A stretch of 64,000 nt of DNA. Source: an uncultured Gammaproteobacteria bacterium (GTDB taxonomy: Bacteria; Pseudomonadota; Gammaproteobacteria; Magnimaribacterales; D2472). Each line of letters opens with the position of its first letter. The first letter of the stretch is position 1. Shown piece after piece: positions 1 through 12,713 of this stretch. The position numbers and the translations under genes are program-made. The notes beneath the pieces were generated by a model. That model had not been told where the DNA came from. It was given only the letters and a program-made list of their open reading frames with translations, and ran no database searches. Where the stretch lies: contig CAZFYG010000002.1 of the NCBI GenBank assembly GCA_964523375.1, positions 1,988 through 65,987 of the forward strand, written 5' to 3'.

Positions 1-1344
1 CCAAGATGGCTCCCATTTAACAGTATCAACCGCCCCTTGAGCATCTGATAAAAGATTAGCTTTATCCATTGAAATAAACCATTGCGCTGTTGCTGTAAAA
101 ATTAAAGGGGTTTTATGTCTCCAGCAATGTGGATAGGAATGATCATAATCTTCTACTGATATTAGTGCATTTACCTCATTAAGTTTTTGGATAATTTTTT
201 CATCTGCCTTTAATGGAGGTAGGCCCTCAATAAAATCAAAATCAGATGTAAATAAAGCTCTAGCATTTAAAGCTTTATATACCTCAATATTATTTTTTTT
301 ACATACGTTGAAATCGTCTAATCCATGTGCCGGAGCTGTATGAACACAACCCGTACCTGCCTCAGTTGTAACATGGTCACCCTCTAACAAATATGAATTT
401 CTGTCTACAAATGGGTGTTCAAGCTTAATGCTTCCAAATGAACTGCCTTTAGCTACAGATATAGTTGCCATCTCAGAATTCCATCTTTGATTGCAAGAAG
501 CGACCATCTCCTCCGCAATTATGATAAATGCATTATCTTTTTTTACTAATGCATAATTAAGATCAGGGTTAATGCACACGGCAACATTCGATGGAATCGT
601 CCATGGTGTAGTAGTCCAAATTACAAATGAAATATTATCAATATTTTTTTGATTAAAGACTTCGTTAACCTTGTTTATATGTTCAGAGGATACTTTAAAG
701 CTAACATCAATAGACTTAGAAACTTTGTCCATATACTCAACTTCAGCTTCGGCTAATGCTGAGCCGCAGTCTTGGCACCAGTTAACTGGCTTTTCCCCTT
801 TTTGTATATGGCCTTTTTCAAAAATTTTTCCAAGGGATCTAACAACATCGGCTTCGAAAGTTGAATCTAGGCTTTTATATGGGTTATCCCATTCACCAAA
901 GACTCCAAGCCTTATAAAATCTTCTTTTTGCTTACCTATTTGTGTAAGGGCGTACTCTTTACAAGCCTGCTGGAAAAGCTTTTTATCAGAAACTACCTCG
1001 CTTCGTCTCCCATGTTTTTTTTCTACGTTTAGTTCAATAGGTAGGCCATGGCAATCCCATCCAGGCACATATGGCGCGTCGTACCCACTTAAAGTTTTTG
1101 ATTTAATGGTAATGTCTTTTAGAATTTTATTAACTGAATGCCCCAAATGGATTGGCCCATTTGCATAAGGAGGACCGTCATGAAGAATGAACCTCTTATT
1201 ACCATTATTAAGCTTCCTTATCTTGCTATACAGATCAATATCATTCCAAAAACTTAAGATTTCAGGCTCTTTCCTAGGCAAGCCAGCTTTCATTGATAAT
1301 TCAGTTTCTGGTAAGTTGAGAGTATCTCTGTAGTTAGTAGCCAT
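1..1344 (-). CDS. ileS: isoleucyl-tRNA synthetase, N-terminal ~448 codons (remainder lies beyond the window edge)
   Basis: Not in the ORF track because it runs off the window. Manual minus-strand translation from the ATG at 1344 gives MATNYRDTLNLPETELSMKAGLPRKEPEILSFWNDIDLY...FILHDGPPYANGPIHLGHSVNKILKD...YVPGWDCHGLPIE, including the class I HIGH motif (HLGH). The last codons at position 1 read ...VDTVKWEPSW, matching the IleRS WIPDW region. Frame checked at both ends only. ribF-ileS adjacency is as in E. coli. Confidence 0.9.
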   Translation of the reverse strand, partial: MATNYRDTLNLPETELSMKAGLPRKEPEILSFWNDIDLYSKIRKLNNGNKRFILHDGPPYANGPIHLGHSVNKILKDITIKSKTLSGYDAPYVPGWDCHGLPIELNVEKKHGRRSEVVSDKKLFQQACKEYALTQIGKQKEDFIRLGVFGEWDNPYKSLDSTFEADVVRSLGKIFEKGHIQKGEKPVNWCQDCGSALAEAEVEYMDKVSKSIDVSFKVSSEHINKVNEVFNQKNIDNISFVIWTTTPWTIPSNVAVCINPDLNYALVKKDNAFIIIAEEMVASCNQRWNSEMATISVAKGSSFGSIKLEHPFVDRNSYLLEGDHVTTEAGTGCVHTAPAHGLDDFNVCKKNNIEVYKALNARALFTSDFDFIEGLPPLKADEKIIQKLNEVNALISVEDYDHSYPHCWRHKTPLIFTATAQWFISMDKANLLSDAQGAVDTVKWEPSW

Positions 1345-1350
1345 AAGTTT

Positions 1351-2298
1351 TTATTTTAATAGCCCTTTAGCTATTGATATATCTTTTTGAATCTGAGATT
1401 TTAACAGATTAAGATCTTTAAACTTCTTTTCATTTCTAATTTTATGCTTAAATTCGACTTTTAATCTTTTTGAATATATATCTTTATTAAAATCAAATAG
1501 ATGGACTTCCAAAACAGGCTTAGTTCCATTGACGGTAGGCCTAACTCCCATATTAGCAATCCCCATATGGTTTTCTCCATCAAGCAAGCATTGGACTGCA
1601 TAGACACCTGAAATTGGTAACTTCTGCTTAGGAATCCATAAATTAGCAGTTGGAACACCAATAGTTCTCCCAAGCTTCTGGCCACCAACGACTTTGCCAG
1701 AAAAAGTGTATGGTCTCCCTAAGAGTTCAGAAGCCAATAAGAAATTATTTTCTAGCAAAGAGTCTCTTATTCGTGTGCTACTCACCCTCTCTTCCTTATA
1801 TAAAAAAGTAGGGGTATTTGATATAGAAATATTATTTGAATCACCCCAATTTTTTAAAAATTTAAAGTCCCCAGCCCTGTTTGCGCCAAATCTAAAATCA
1901 TCTCCAACTTTTAAAGAAACTAAATCAAGGGAACCTAATATTTCTTCTATAAAAATTTCTGGTGCCATAGTTTGAAGAGCATTATTAAATTTCAAAAAAA
2001 AAGCAAAATCGATACCCTCCGCTTCTAAAAGTCTTACTTTCTCCCTCCAGGGAGATAGTCTTGGAGGAGAAATTCCAATGTTGTTATTTTTTTTTGCAAA
2101 GTATTCTGATGCGTGCGGCTCAGTAAAAAAGACAATGGTTTTAGAATTTCTATTTTTTGCATCCTTTTTAATAGATTTAAGAATAGACTTATGGCCTAAA
2201 TGCAGACCATCAAAGTTTCCTATAGTTGCTGAAAATTTAATATTTGGGAACCTTGTTTTAAAAAGGTTAAGATTATTTTGGCCTCTTATTAAATACAT
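1351..2298 (-). CDS. ribF: bifunctional riboflavin kinase / FAD synthetase
   Basis: ORF-track protein has the nucleotidyltransferase motif GNFDGLHLGHKSIL and a C-terminal riboflavin-kinase part (GVPTANL, RPT..G..PVLEVHLFDF). I moved the start to the ATG at 2298 (MYLIRG...), 1 nt after the murJ stop. The 19 extra upstream codons in the track overlap murJ. Confidence 0.9.
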   Translation of the reverse strand: MYLIRGQNNLNLFKTRFPNIKFSATIGNFDGLHLGHKSILKSIKKDAKNRNSKTIVFFTEPHASEYFAKKNNNIGISPPRLSPWREKVRLLEAEGIDFAFFLKFNNALQTMAPEIFIEEILGSLDLVSLKVGDDFRFGANRAGDFKFLKNWGDSNNISISNTPTFLYKEERVSSTRIRDSLLENNFLLASELLGRPYTFSGKVVGGQKLGRTIGVPTANLWIPKQKLPISGVYAVQCLLDGENHMGIANMGVRPTVNGTKPVLEVHLFDFNKDIYSKRLKVEFKHKIRNEKKFKDLNLLKSQIQKDISIAKGLLK

Positions 2299-2299
2299 T

Positions 2300-3859
2300 T
2301 TATTCTGATAGTAATTTCTTAAATTCATTTCCAAGAAGCATTTTAATACATGCAAAATAGATTAGAACCGCTGCCGTTACCTCAGCGAATAAAAGGAATG
2401 CTCTCATTAACGCACCTAAATTCATAAAATGGAAATATTGATTAAATAGATAGAGGAATACTGATAAAACAACGCATGATATAAATAGAGCTAGATTGAA
2501 TCTATTCAAAGGACTGCTGAGTTTAATAATTCCTTGATTAGCTAAAACACTCTCTAGAATCAATACGCTAACTAATGCAGCAATTGAGCTTCCCATTGCA
2601 ATCCCTACATGCCCATATCCATATACAAAAGCAAATAAATAATTGAGAACAATGTTCAAAATTAATGAAATAAATGCAATTAGGACAGGAATTTTTGTTA
2701 ATTTTCTAGAGAAAAAAGTGGGTATTAAGATCTTCATTAGCATAAAAAATGGAAGTCCTAATGCTAAAACCTCTAGACTCAATGAAGTTTTTAAAACATC
2801 AAGGTTTGTAAACTCTCCTCTAAAAAAAATAGTGGTAACTATATGTTCAGCACAAAAATATATCCCAATACATGAAGGTAAACCAATTAGTAGCACTATT
2901 TTTTGAGACTTTTGAACACTGGCAACAAAATCTTTTTTATTATTTTCAAAATCTATATTCGAAAGCAACGGAAGAAGTACTGTTCCTATTGCGATAGCAA
3001 ATACTCCCATTGGTAATTGAATTAACCTATCAGATATATAAAGCCATGTAGGGCTTCCAGTTTCAAGCAAAGATGCAAATATTGTGTCAACTAAAATATT
3101 TATCTGCATAATACCACCTGCAAATAATGCTGGAAGCATAACCAATAGAACTTTTTTAACTCCAGGATGAGAGAAGTTAAATTTTGGAATGGGAATTCTA
3201 TCAATCGCAGATAGTGGAGCTATTTGAATTAATAATTGAAGAATACCTGCCACCAAAACACCCCATGCTAATGGATAGATAGGTATTGAATAGAGAGGTG
3301 CTATTTTATAAGCGGTTACAATCAAGCAAAAATTAAAAACTATAGGGGTTGCTGCTGGAATTGAGAACTTTGAATGGGTATTTTGAATTCCAGATGCAAA
3401 AGCAACTAGGGATATTAAGGATAGGTAAGGAAACATAATTCTTAATATATCTACAGATATATTCTGCTTTACTGGATCAGAGTAGAAACCAGGAGCGAAT
3501 ATCATAACTACTAATGGTGAAAAAAGTAAAACAACCACGGTGAAGCAAAATAGAAAGGTTAATAACGTTCCAAAAAGAGAACTTAAAAACTCTTTTGCTT
3601 GGTGATCATTCTTTTTTTTGTAATATTCGCTGTAGACGGGGATGAAAGCTTGATTAAAAGCCCCTTCTGCAAAAAACCTTCTAAATAAATTTGGAATTTT
3701 TAAGATAACAACAAAAATATCGTGTAAGTATGAGGCTCCAAGCAATCCAGTTGTGGCAATATCTCTTATTAACCCAAATATCCTTGAGAGACTTGTCCAA
3801 CCACTTACTTTTTTTATTGAATTTAAAAGGCTTGGTTTCTTTTTGATAACTTGGCTCAA
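2300..3859 (-). CDS. murJ: lipid II flippase MurJ (MviN)
   Basis: 519-aa polytopic membrane protein. The N-terminus SRIFGLIRD...LGAS...DIFVVILKIPNLFRRFFAEGAFNQAFIPVYSEY closely parallels E. coli MurJ. murJ-ribF-ileS order is conserved. Confidence 0.9.
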   Translation of the reverse strand: MSQVIKKKPSLLNSIKKVSGWTSLSRIFGLIRDIATTGLLGASYLHDIFVVILKIPNLFRRFFAEGAFNQAFIPVYSEYYKKKNDHQAKEFLSSLFGTLLTFLFCFTVVVLLFSPLVVMIFAPGFYSDPVKQNISVDILRIMFPYLSLISLVAFASGIQNTHSKFSIPAATPIVFNFCLIVTAYKIAPLYSIPIYPLAWGVLVAGILQLLIQIAPLSAIDRIPIPKFNFSHPGVKKVLLVMLPALFAGGIMQINILVDTIFASLLETGSPTWLYISDRLIQLPMGVFAIAIGTVLLPLLSNIDFENNKKDFVASVQKSQKIVLLIGLPSCIGIYFCAEHIVTTIFFRGEFTNLDVLKTSLSLEVLALGLPFFMLMKILIPTFFSRKLTKIPVLIAFISLILNIVLNYLFAFVYGYGHVGIAMGSSIAALVSVLILESVLANQGIIKLSSPLNRFNLALFISCVVLSVFLYLFNQYFHFMNLGALMRAFLLFAEVTAAVLIYFACIKMLLGNEFKKLLSE

Positions 3860-3865
3860 ATGGTT

Positions 3866-4261
3866 TTATTTATTTTCATCAAAATCGAGCGCTACTGAGT
3901 TTATACAGTACCTAAGACCAGTAGGATCTGGACCATCTTCAAATACATGACCTAAATGAGCATCACATTTTGAGCATTTTATCTCAGTTCTTGTCCTTGA
4001 GAGAGAATTATCCTCATGTTCAGAAACAGACGAATCTTTGATTGGTACAAAAAAACTTGGCCAACCACAACCAGCATCAAATTTTGTCTGTGATTCAAAA
4101 AGAGGTTCAGAACAACATATACATTTGTAGGTCCCGCTTTCATCAAAATCCCAATACTTACCAGTAAATGGTCTTTCCGTGGCAGACTGTCTTGTTACTT
4201 TAAAAGATTCTTCAGATAGCGAATCTTTCCACTCTTCATTGGTTTTATTAATTTTAGTCAT
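3866..4261 (-). CDS. msrB: peptide-methionine (R)-S-oxide reductase MsrB
   Basis: 131 aa with two CxxC zinc pairs ([21 protein letters not shown]) and the catalytic region [11 protein letters not shown], typical of the SelR/MsrB domain. Confidence 0.9.
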   Translation of the reverse strand: MTKINKTNEEWKDSLSEESFKVTRQSATERPFTGKYWDFDESGTYKCICCSEPLFESQTKFDAGCGWPSFFVPIKDSSVSEHEDNSLSRTRTEIKCSKCDAHLGHVFEDGPDPTGLRYCINSVALDFDENK

Positions 4262-4309
4262 TTAGCAATTGTAATAAATATAATTAACTAAATGTAGTAA
4301 AAATATATA

Positions 4310-4732
4310 TTAACTTTTATTAAATATATCGTTTATATTATTTGCGCCATCTAAAAATTCTGAAACCAGTTCAGTGGACGGTGAGTATATTCTTCTTCTT
4401 TTATCTACTGTAGAGGACTCTTCAATAATATAACCAAGTTCAACGGCCTGTTTTAAAACTTGCAGCCGTTTAATTCTAGATGCATATTTCTGAGGAACTA
4501 GAGATATTGCGTGTTCTTGAGAAATTTCACTGCCTTCAAAATACTCAACCATAAAGGTTAAAAGAAAGAAGTATCGATAGACATCAGATCTAAAAAACCC
4601 CAATGTGCTTGATACATCATGATCAAAAAGAAGTACTAATAACTTTTTTATTATAGGCAATGAATTATCAAGCATCTCTATCTGATGTTCATTGCTAATT
4701 GCTAGACTTTTTTGGGGTGCTTTGCTTGTCAT
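4310..4732 (-). CDS. hypothetical protein, probable MarR-like winged-helix regulator
   Basis: The C-terminal half LQVLKQAVELGYIIEESSTVDKRRRIYSPSTELVSEF fits the MarR recognition-helix plus wing pattern (L..G+I.R...D+R...+.LT..G). I know of no other matching family. The track start at 4741 is TTG; I prefer the ATG at 4732, which has GGAG/GGAAG upstream. Flanked by the longest intergenic gap in the window. Confidence 0.4.
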   Translation of the reverse strand: MTSKAPQKSLAISNEHQIEMLDNSLPIIKKLLVLLFDHDVSSTLGFFRSDVYRYFFLLTFMVEYFEGSEISQEHAISLVPQKYASRIKRLQVLKQAVELGYIIEESSTVDKRRRIYSPSTELVSEFLDGANNINDIFNKS

Positions 4733-4885
4733 AACTTCCAAATACTCCTATGAATAGTAAACATATTGGGCTTTTAATAACAAAATAATATATTTAATAA
4801 ATATATATATTTACTGTGTCACAAATACTAACAGAATTAACTAGTAAATAGCTTAGAAATTAATTTATCTATATATGGAATATAG

Positions 4886-5923
4886 TTATATATTATAGAC
4901 AGATAAATCATGCCTTTTGGGATGACAGGCCCTGATTTTATTGAAGTTATTTTGAGGGTATTTTTTAAATAGATCTTTAAAGTTTTTTGATTCTTTGGAG
5001 ATATCATAATTATTATTAAAGTCTTTAAGGTCTAAATAGTAATTTTTTTGGGGGGGATAAAAACCTTCTATAATCTTTAAATTTTTATTAACTGTGCTTT
5101 CATCAAAGTTTAGATATCTCATTAAAGCAATTAGGATATCAATAGTTCCATTAACTTTACCTTCAAAACTATGGCCTGCAATGTGGGGCGTTGCGATATG
5201 GCAATGGTTCAATAAATTAATATTTAAAGATGGTTCGCCCTCCCAAACATCAGCAATATAATTAAGCTTTCTATCAATAACTGAAGATTCAGAGACTATG
5301 CCGCCTCTAGATGTGTTTATAACAGAATGACATTTGGATTTATTTAAAAAACTTTCATTTATCATCGTATGCGTAGGATATTTTGTATCAAATGTTAAGG
5401 GTACGTGAATACTTATAATTTCAGCCTTTAAGAGCTCGTCAATCGTCGAAAGACTCTTATTGTTTACAAAAGGATCATAAACAATGTTTTTAATATTTAG
5501 ATTATCCAGAATAGATTTTAATCTTTTTCCAATATTCCCATATCCAACAATTCCTAGCATATCTGTATTTTTATAAATTTTATCCTTTTTAAGCTCATAC
5601 AAAGAACTTAAAACATAATTACATACTGAGTAAGCATTGCAGCCTTGTGCATTAAACCAATTGATATTTTTACTTCTTAGGAACTTGGTGTCTATATGGT
5701 CTACACCAGCTGTTGCTGAACCAATCCATTTGATATTTGAGGATGATAAAAGTTTTTCATTGATTAAGGTTTGAGACCGCACAAGAAGAATGTCTGCATC
5801 ATAAATAAACTCATGTTTTATATTGTTTGTTTCTAGATACTTTACAGAGAAATCATCAAATCCGTCCAAAACACTAAATAGCTTATCGATATCTCGCAAA
5901 GATATATCAGCGATAATCTTCAT
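4886..5923 (-). CDS. pdxB: erythronate-4-phosphate dehydrogenase
   Basis: 345 aa, collinear with E. coli PdxB: MKI..D, VRS.T.+NE.LL, GSATAGVDHID, NAD-binding GIVGYGNIGKRL, DVWEGEP, HIAGHSFEGK. Confidence 0.85.
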   Translation of the reverse strand: MKIIADISLRDIDKLFSVLDGFDDFSVKYLETNNIKHEFIYDADILLVRSQTLINEKLLSSSNIKWIGSATAGVDHIDTKFLRSKNINWFNAQGCNAYSVCNYVLSSLYELKKDKIYKNTDMLGIVGYGNIGKRLKSILDNLNIKNIVYDPFVNNKSLSTIDELLKAEIISIHVPLTFDTKYPTHTMINESFLNKSKCHSVINTSRGGIVSESSVIDRKLNYIADVWEGEPSLNINLLNHCHIATPHIAGHSFEGKVNGTIDILIALMRYLNFDESTVNKNLKIIEGFYPPQKNYYLDLKDFNNNYDISKESKNFKDLFKKYPQNNFNKIRACHPKRHDLSVYNI

Positions 5924-5924
5924 T

Positions 5925-6656
5925 TTAGTTTTTACTACTTGGGAAAGTGAGAGACTTTAGCCATCCAATAATAGAATTATCATTGAGAGTATGCTTATCT
6001 AGAGCATCAAAATCCATTGCTAATTTTTTTGGATCGTGAAAGAAATCGGCCCTGGTATTAAAATTATGTTCATCTATAGCTTTAATAAATTTTGCGGGAT
6101 TGCCTGCAAATATAGTGTTAGGCGGCACATCTTTTGTAACTACTGAGCCTGCGCCTATAATGCTATTTTTACCAATTGTTACTCCTTTGCAGATGATTGC
6201 GCTATCTCCAACCCACACATTATCTTCAAGAATTACAGGTTTAGTTTGGCCAACTGGCTCAGCTCTGTCATATATGCCATGCCAATCAGCATCTGAAATA
6301 TATGCGCCGTGGGCGATCATACAAGAATCGCCTATTAAAATTTTTTCCGCAGCCATTATCCTTACTCCAGGAGTGATAAGGCAATACTTACCAATCTCAA
6401 TAGAGCCATTCCAGCCTCCAACATTCCATGCAGTAAATTGCATGAAAGCATCAGGTGCCCCAATTAAAGTTGGATAATCATCAATTGAAATATTAGTTCC
6501 AAATAATTTTATATACCTTGGTTTAAAAAAAGCACCGCCTTTTCCCAATCGAAGAAATTGCGGCTTTAGGAATTGGTCAACATAGATATTTATAAGTCTA
6601 TTTGAAATTTTCTTAAGCCAATAAGGTCTGTTATCTTTTCTAATAATAATCTCCAC
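5925..6656 (-). CDS. hexapeptide-repeat (left-handed beta-helix) acyl/acetyltransferase
   Basis: C-terminal hexapeptide repeats VILEDNVWVGDSAIICKGVTIGKNSIIGAGSVVTKDVPPNTIFAGNPAK are typical of the LacA/NodL/WcaF-like transferases. The stop is 1 nt before the pdxB start, so the two are probably co-transcribed. Substrate unknown. Confidence 0.7.
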   Translation of the reverse strand: MEIIIRKDNRPYWLKKISNRLINIYVDQFLKPQFLRLGKGGAFFKPRYIKLFGTNISIDDYPTLIGAPDAFMQFTAWNVGGWNGSIEIGKYCLITPGVRIMAAEKILIGDSCMIAHGAYISDADWHGIYDRAEPVGQTKPVILEDNVWVGDSAIICKGVTIGKNSIIGAGSVVTKDVPPNTIFAGNPAKFIKAIDEHNFNTRADFFHDPKKLAMDFDALDKHTLNDNSIIGWLKSLTFPSSKN

Positions 6657-6700
6657 AAAAAATTCATTTTAATATGATAAAGTAGCAAAAAAATTATTAA

Positions 6701-8089
6701 TTGAATAAATTGTTCCAATCACATACTTTTGAATTTAAAAAGCTTATACAAATTGGGGTCCCTATACTTGGCTCTCAACTATCTTATATGCTTATGGGCA
6801 CAACTGATACTATTGTTGCTGGGCGAGCTAGTTCTGCAGATTTAGCAGGCTTGGGTGTTGGTTCAGCAATTTTTAACACTATATGGTTTTTGATAGCTGG
6901 TGTGATTTTTGCAGTAACACCAATAGTGGCACAGTTATATGGAGCCAAGAAATTTAACGAGATTGGAACTAAGCTAAGAGAAGTCTTATGGATCGCGCTT
7001 GCGCTTGGATTTGCTGTATGCACTATTTTATTTTTCATGGGCAACTTTTTATTTTATCTACCTATAGATACCTCTATCACCTCTATATCAAGCTCTTACT
7101 TAAAGGCTCTTTCTTTAGGCATTATTTTTATGACAATATTTACGACCCTAAGATGTTATAGCGAAGGAATGGCGCTAACAAGGCCTGTATTTTACATAGC
7201 TTTTTTTGGAATGTTATTAAACATTCCTCTTGATATAATTTTTGTATACGGGTATTTTGGCGTTCCAAAACTTGGAGGGGTTGGGTGTGGAATTGCTACC
7301 ACTTTAGTATCCTTTCTTATGATGCTTACTTTAATAATCTACATATTTTTATCTAAAAACTATAGCTCGACAAAACCATTTTCTACATTTACTCCACCCT
7401 CAGCAAAAACAACCAAAGAAATATTTAAGCTAGGAACTCCTATTGGGTTTGGAATTTTTATTGAATTAAGTATGTTTTCGGGAGCTGCACTTATTTTAGG
7501 TGTTCTTGGTGAAACCATTGTTGCAGGGCATTACATAGCATTAAATATTGCTAGTTTATTCTTTATGCTGCCATTGTCGATTGGCCTTGCAGCCGCAACA
7601 AGAGTAGGAAATCTAGTAGGAGAAAACAATTTTTCCCAAGCTAGAATTGCCTCATACTCAACTATTTATTTGTGTGTGATCGGTTCTTTATTAACTTGCT
7701 TAACTATATTGCTAGTTAGGGATCATATTGTTTATCTCTATAGTAGTGATTTAGATGCAATAAAAATTGCAACTAGTTTACTTATTTTTGCAGCTATATT
7801 TCAACTGCCTGATGGCATCCAAATGGCAGCAGTTGGAAGTTTAAGGGGTTATAAAGATACATTTGCACCAATGATACTTTTATTTATATCCTACTGGATG
7901 TTTGCCATTCCAGCAGGATATTTTTTAACTATGCACGGCTTTGAAAGTCCGCTTGGTGCAGCTGGAATGTGGATTGGTATGATTATTGGATTAACAATAT
8001 TTTCTGTGCTATCGATACTAAGGCTCAGATGGATAATAAGAAAAAAGTTATTTAATAATTTTATCGACCAAGAACCTCAGCAACTTTAG
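6701..8089 (+). CDS. MATE family multidrug/sodium efflux transporter (NorM-like)
   Basis: 462 aa, about 12 predicted TM segments. The N-terminus [27 protein letters not shown] resembles NorM (A.P.+..Q+.Q..MG.VDT+MAG). TTG start at 6701. The 3' end overlaps sucD by 29 nt. Confidence 0.8.
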   Translation: MNKLFQSHTFEFKKLIQIGVPILGSQLSYMLMGTTDTIVAGRASSADLAGLGVGSAIFNTIWFLIAGVIFAVTPIVAQLYGAKKFNEIGTKLREVLWIALALGFAVCTILFFMGNFLFYLPIDTSITSISSSYLKALSLGIIFMTIFTTLRCYSEGMALTRPVFYIAFFGMLLNIPLDIIFVYGYFGVPKLGGVGCGIATTLVSFLMMLTLIIYIFLSKNYSSTKPFSTFTPPSAKTTKEIFKLGTPIGFGIFIELSMFSGAALILGVLGETIVAGHYIALNIASLFFMLPLSIGLAAATRVGNLVGENNFSQARIASYSTIYLCVIGSLLTCLTILLVRDHIVYLYSSDLDAIKIATSLLIFAAIFQLPDGIQMAAVGSLRGYKDTFAPMILLFISYWMFAIPAGYFLTMHGFESPLGAAGMWIGMIIGLTIFSVLSILRLRWIIRKKLFNNFIDQEPQQL

Positions 8090-8929
8090 AACCAATATCT
8101 ACCAAGTTTTCAGCAATATGGACGCCGCTATCTTTTAGAGATTTAATTTTATCTGATGCTGTGCCTTTACCACCAGCTATAATAGCACCAGCATGCCCCA
8201 TTCTTTTCCCAGCGGGTGCTGTTTGGCCTGCAATATAAGAAATTACTGGCTTAGTTACATTATCCTTAATATATTCACCGGCCTCCTCTTCAGCGGAGCC
8301 TCCTATTTCTCCAACCATAACTATTGCTTCAGTTTGTGAGTCATCTTCAAACATTTTTAAAATGTCTATAAAAGATGATCCTGGTATAGGGTCACCCCCA
8401 ATACCAACACAAGAGCTCTGACCTAGACCCAAATCGGTAGTTTGCTTTACTGCTTCATATGTCAAAGTGCCTGAACGAGAAATAATACCAATTGATCCAG
8501 GCATATGAATGCTTGCAGGCATAATACCCATCTTACCTTTACCAGGAGTAATTATCCCTGGGCAATTTGGACCAATTAAGGTTATTCCCAGATCATCAAC
8601 TCTCTTTTTCACCACCAACATATCAAGAGTTGGCACTCCCTCGGTAATACATATTATTAGTTTGATACCAGATTCAGCAGCTTCTAAAATTGAATCCTTA
8701 CAAAACGGTGCTGGAACAAATATTAATGCTGCATTTGGATTTACTTTTTTTACAGCTTCTTGAACTGTATCAAACACAGGTCTGCCTAAGTGAACTTGCC
8801 CACCTTTACCTGGAGTTACTCCCCCTACAATATTGGTGCCATAATCAATGGCTTGCTCAGAGTGAAGTGTGGCCTGGGATCCTGTAAAACCTTGAACTAA
8901 GACTCTTGTGTCATCATTTATCAATATAC

Positions 8930-8933
<4 letters not shown>
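8061..8933 (-). CDS. sucD: succinyl-CoA ligase subunit alpha
   Basis: 290 aa. Contains [20 protein letters not shown] and the phosphohistidine loop [15 protein letters not shown]. Confidence 0.95.
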
Positions 8934-12709
<3,776 letters not shown>

Positions 12710-12713
12710 AATA

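Noticed and set aside
671-1168. 165-aa plus-strand ORF from the track, plus similar long antisense ORFs at 6100..6477, 12303..12722, 13744..14001, 47422..47907 and others.
   Set aside because: Each lies entirely antisense to a confidently identified conserved gene (ileS, acyltransferase, sucB, sucA, thiolase). Their translations are low-complexity and S/L/F/I-rich, with no recognisable motif, start context or SD. They are shadow ORFs.
2299-2355. N-terminal extensions in the ORF track for ribF (19 codons), sdhA (15 codons, 18053..18097) and hisS (13 codons, 23342..23380).
   Set aside because: The extensions overlap the upstream gene and do not align with ortholog N-termini. In each case an internal ATG sits 1-2 nt after the upstream stop and restores the canonical N-terminus.
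4803-4826. CTGT...ACAG in TTACTGTGTCACAAATACTAACAG, which looks like a LexA box.
   Set aside because: The spacing between CTGT and ACAG is 13 nt rather than 8, and the arms are not palindromic beyond the tetramers. It is not an SOS box.
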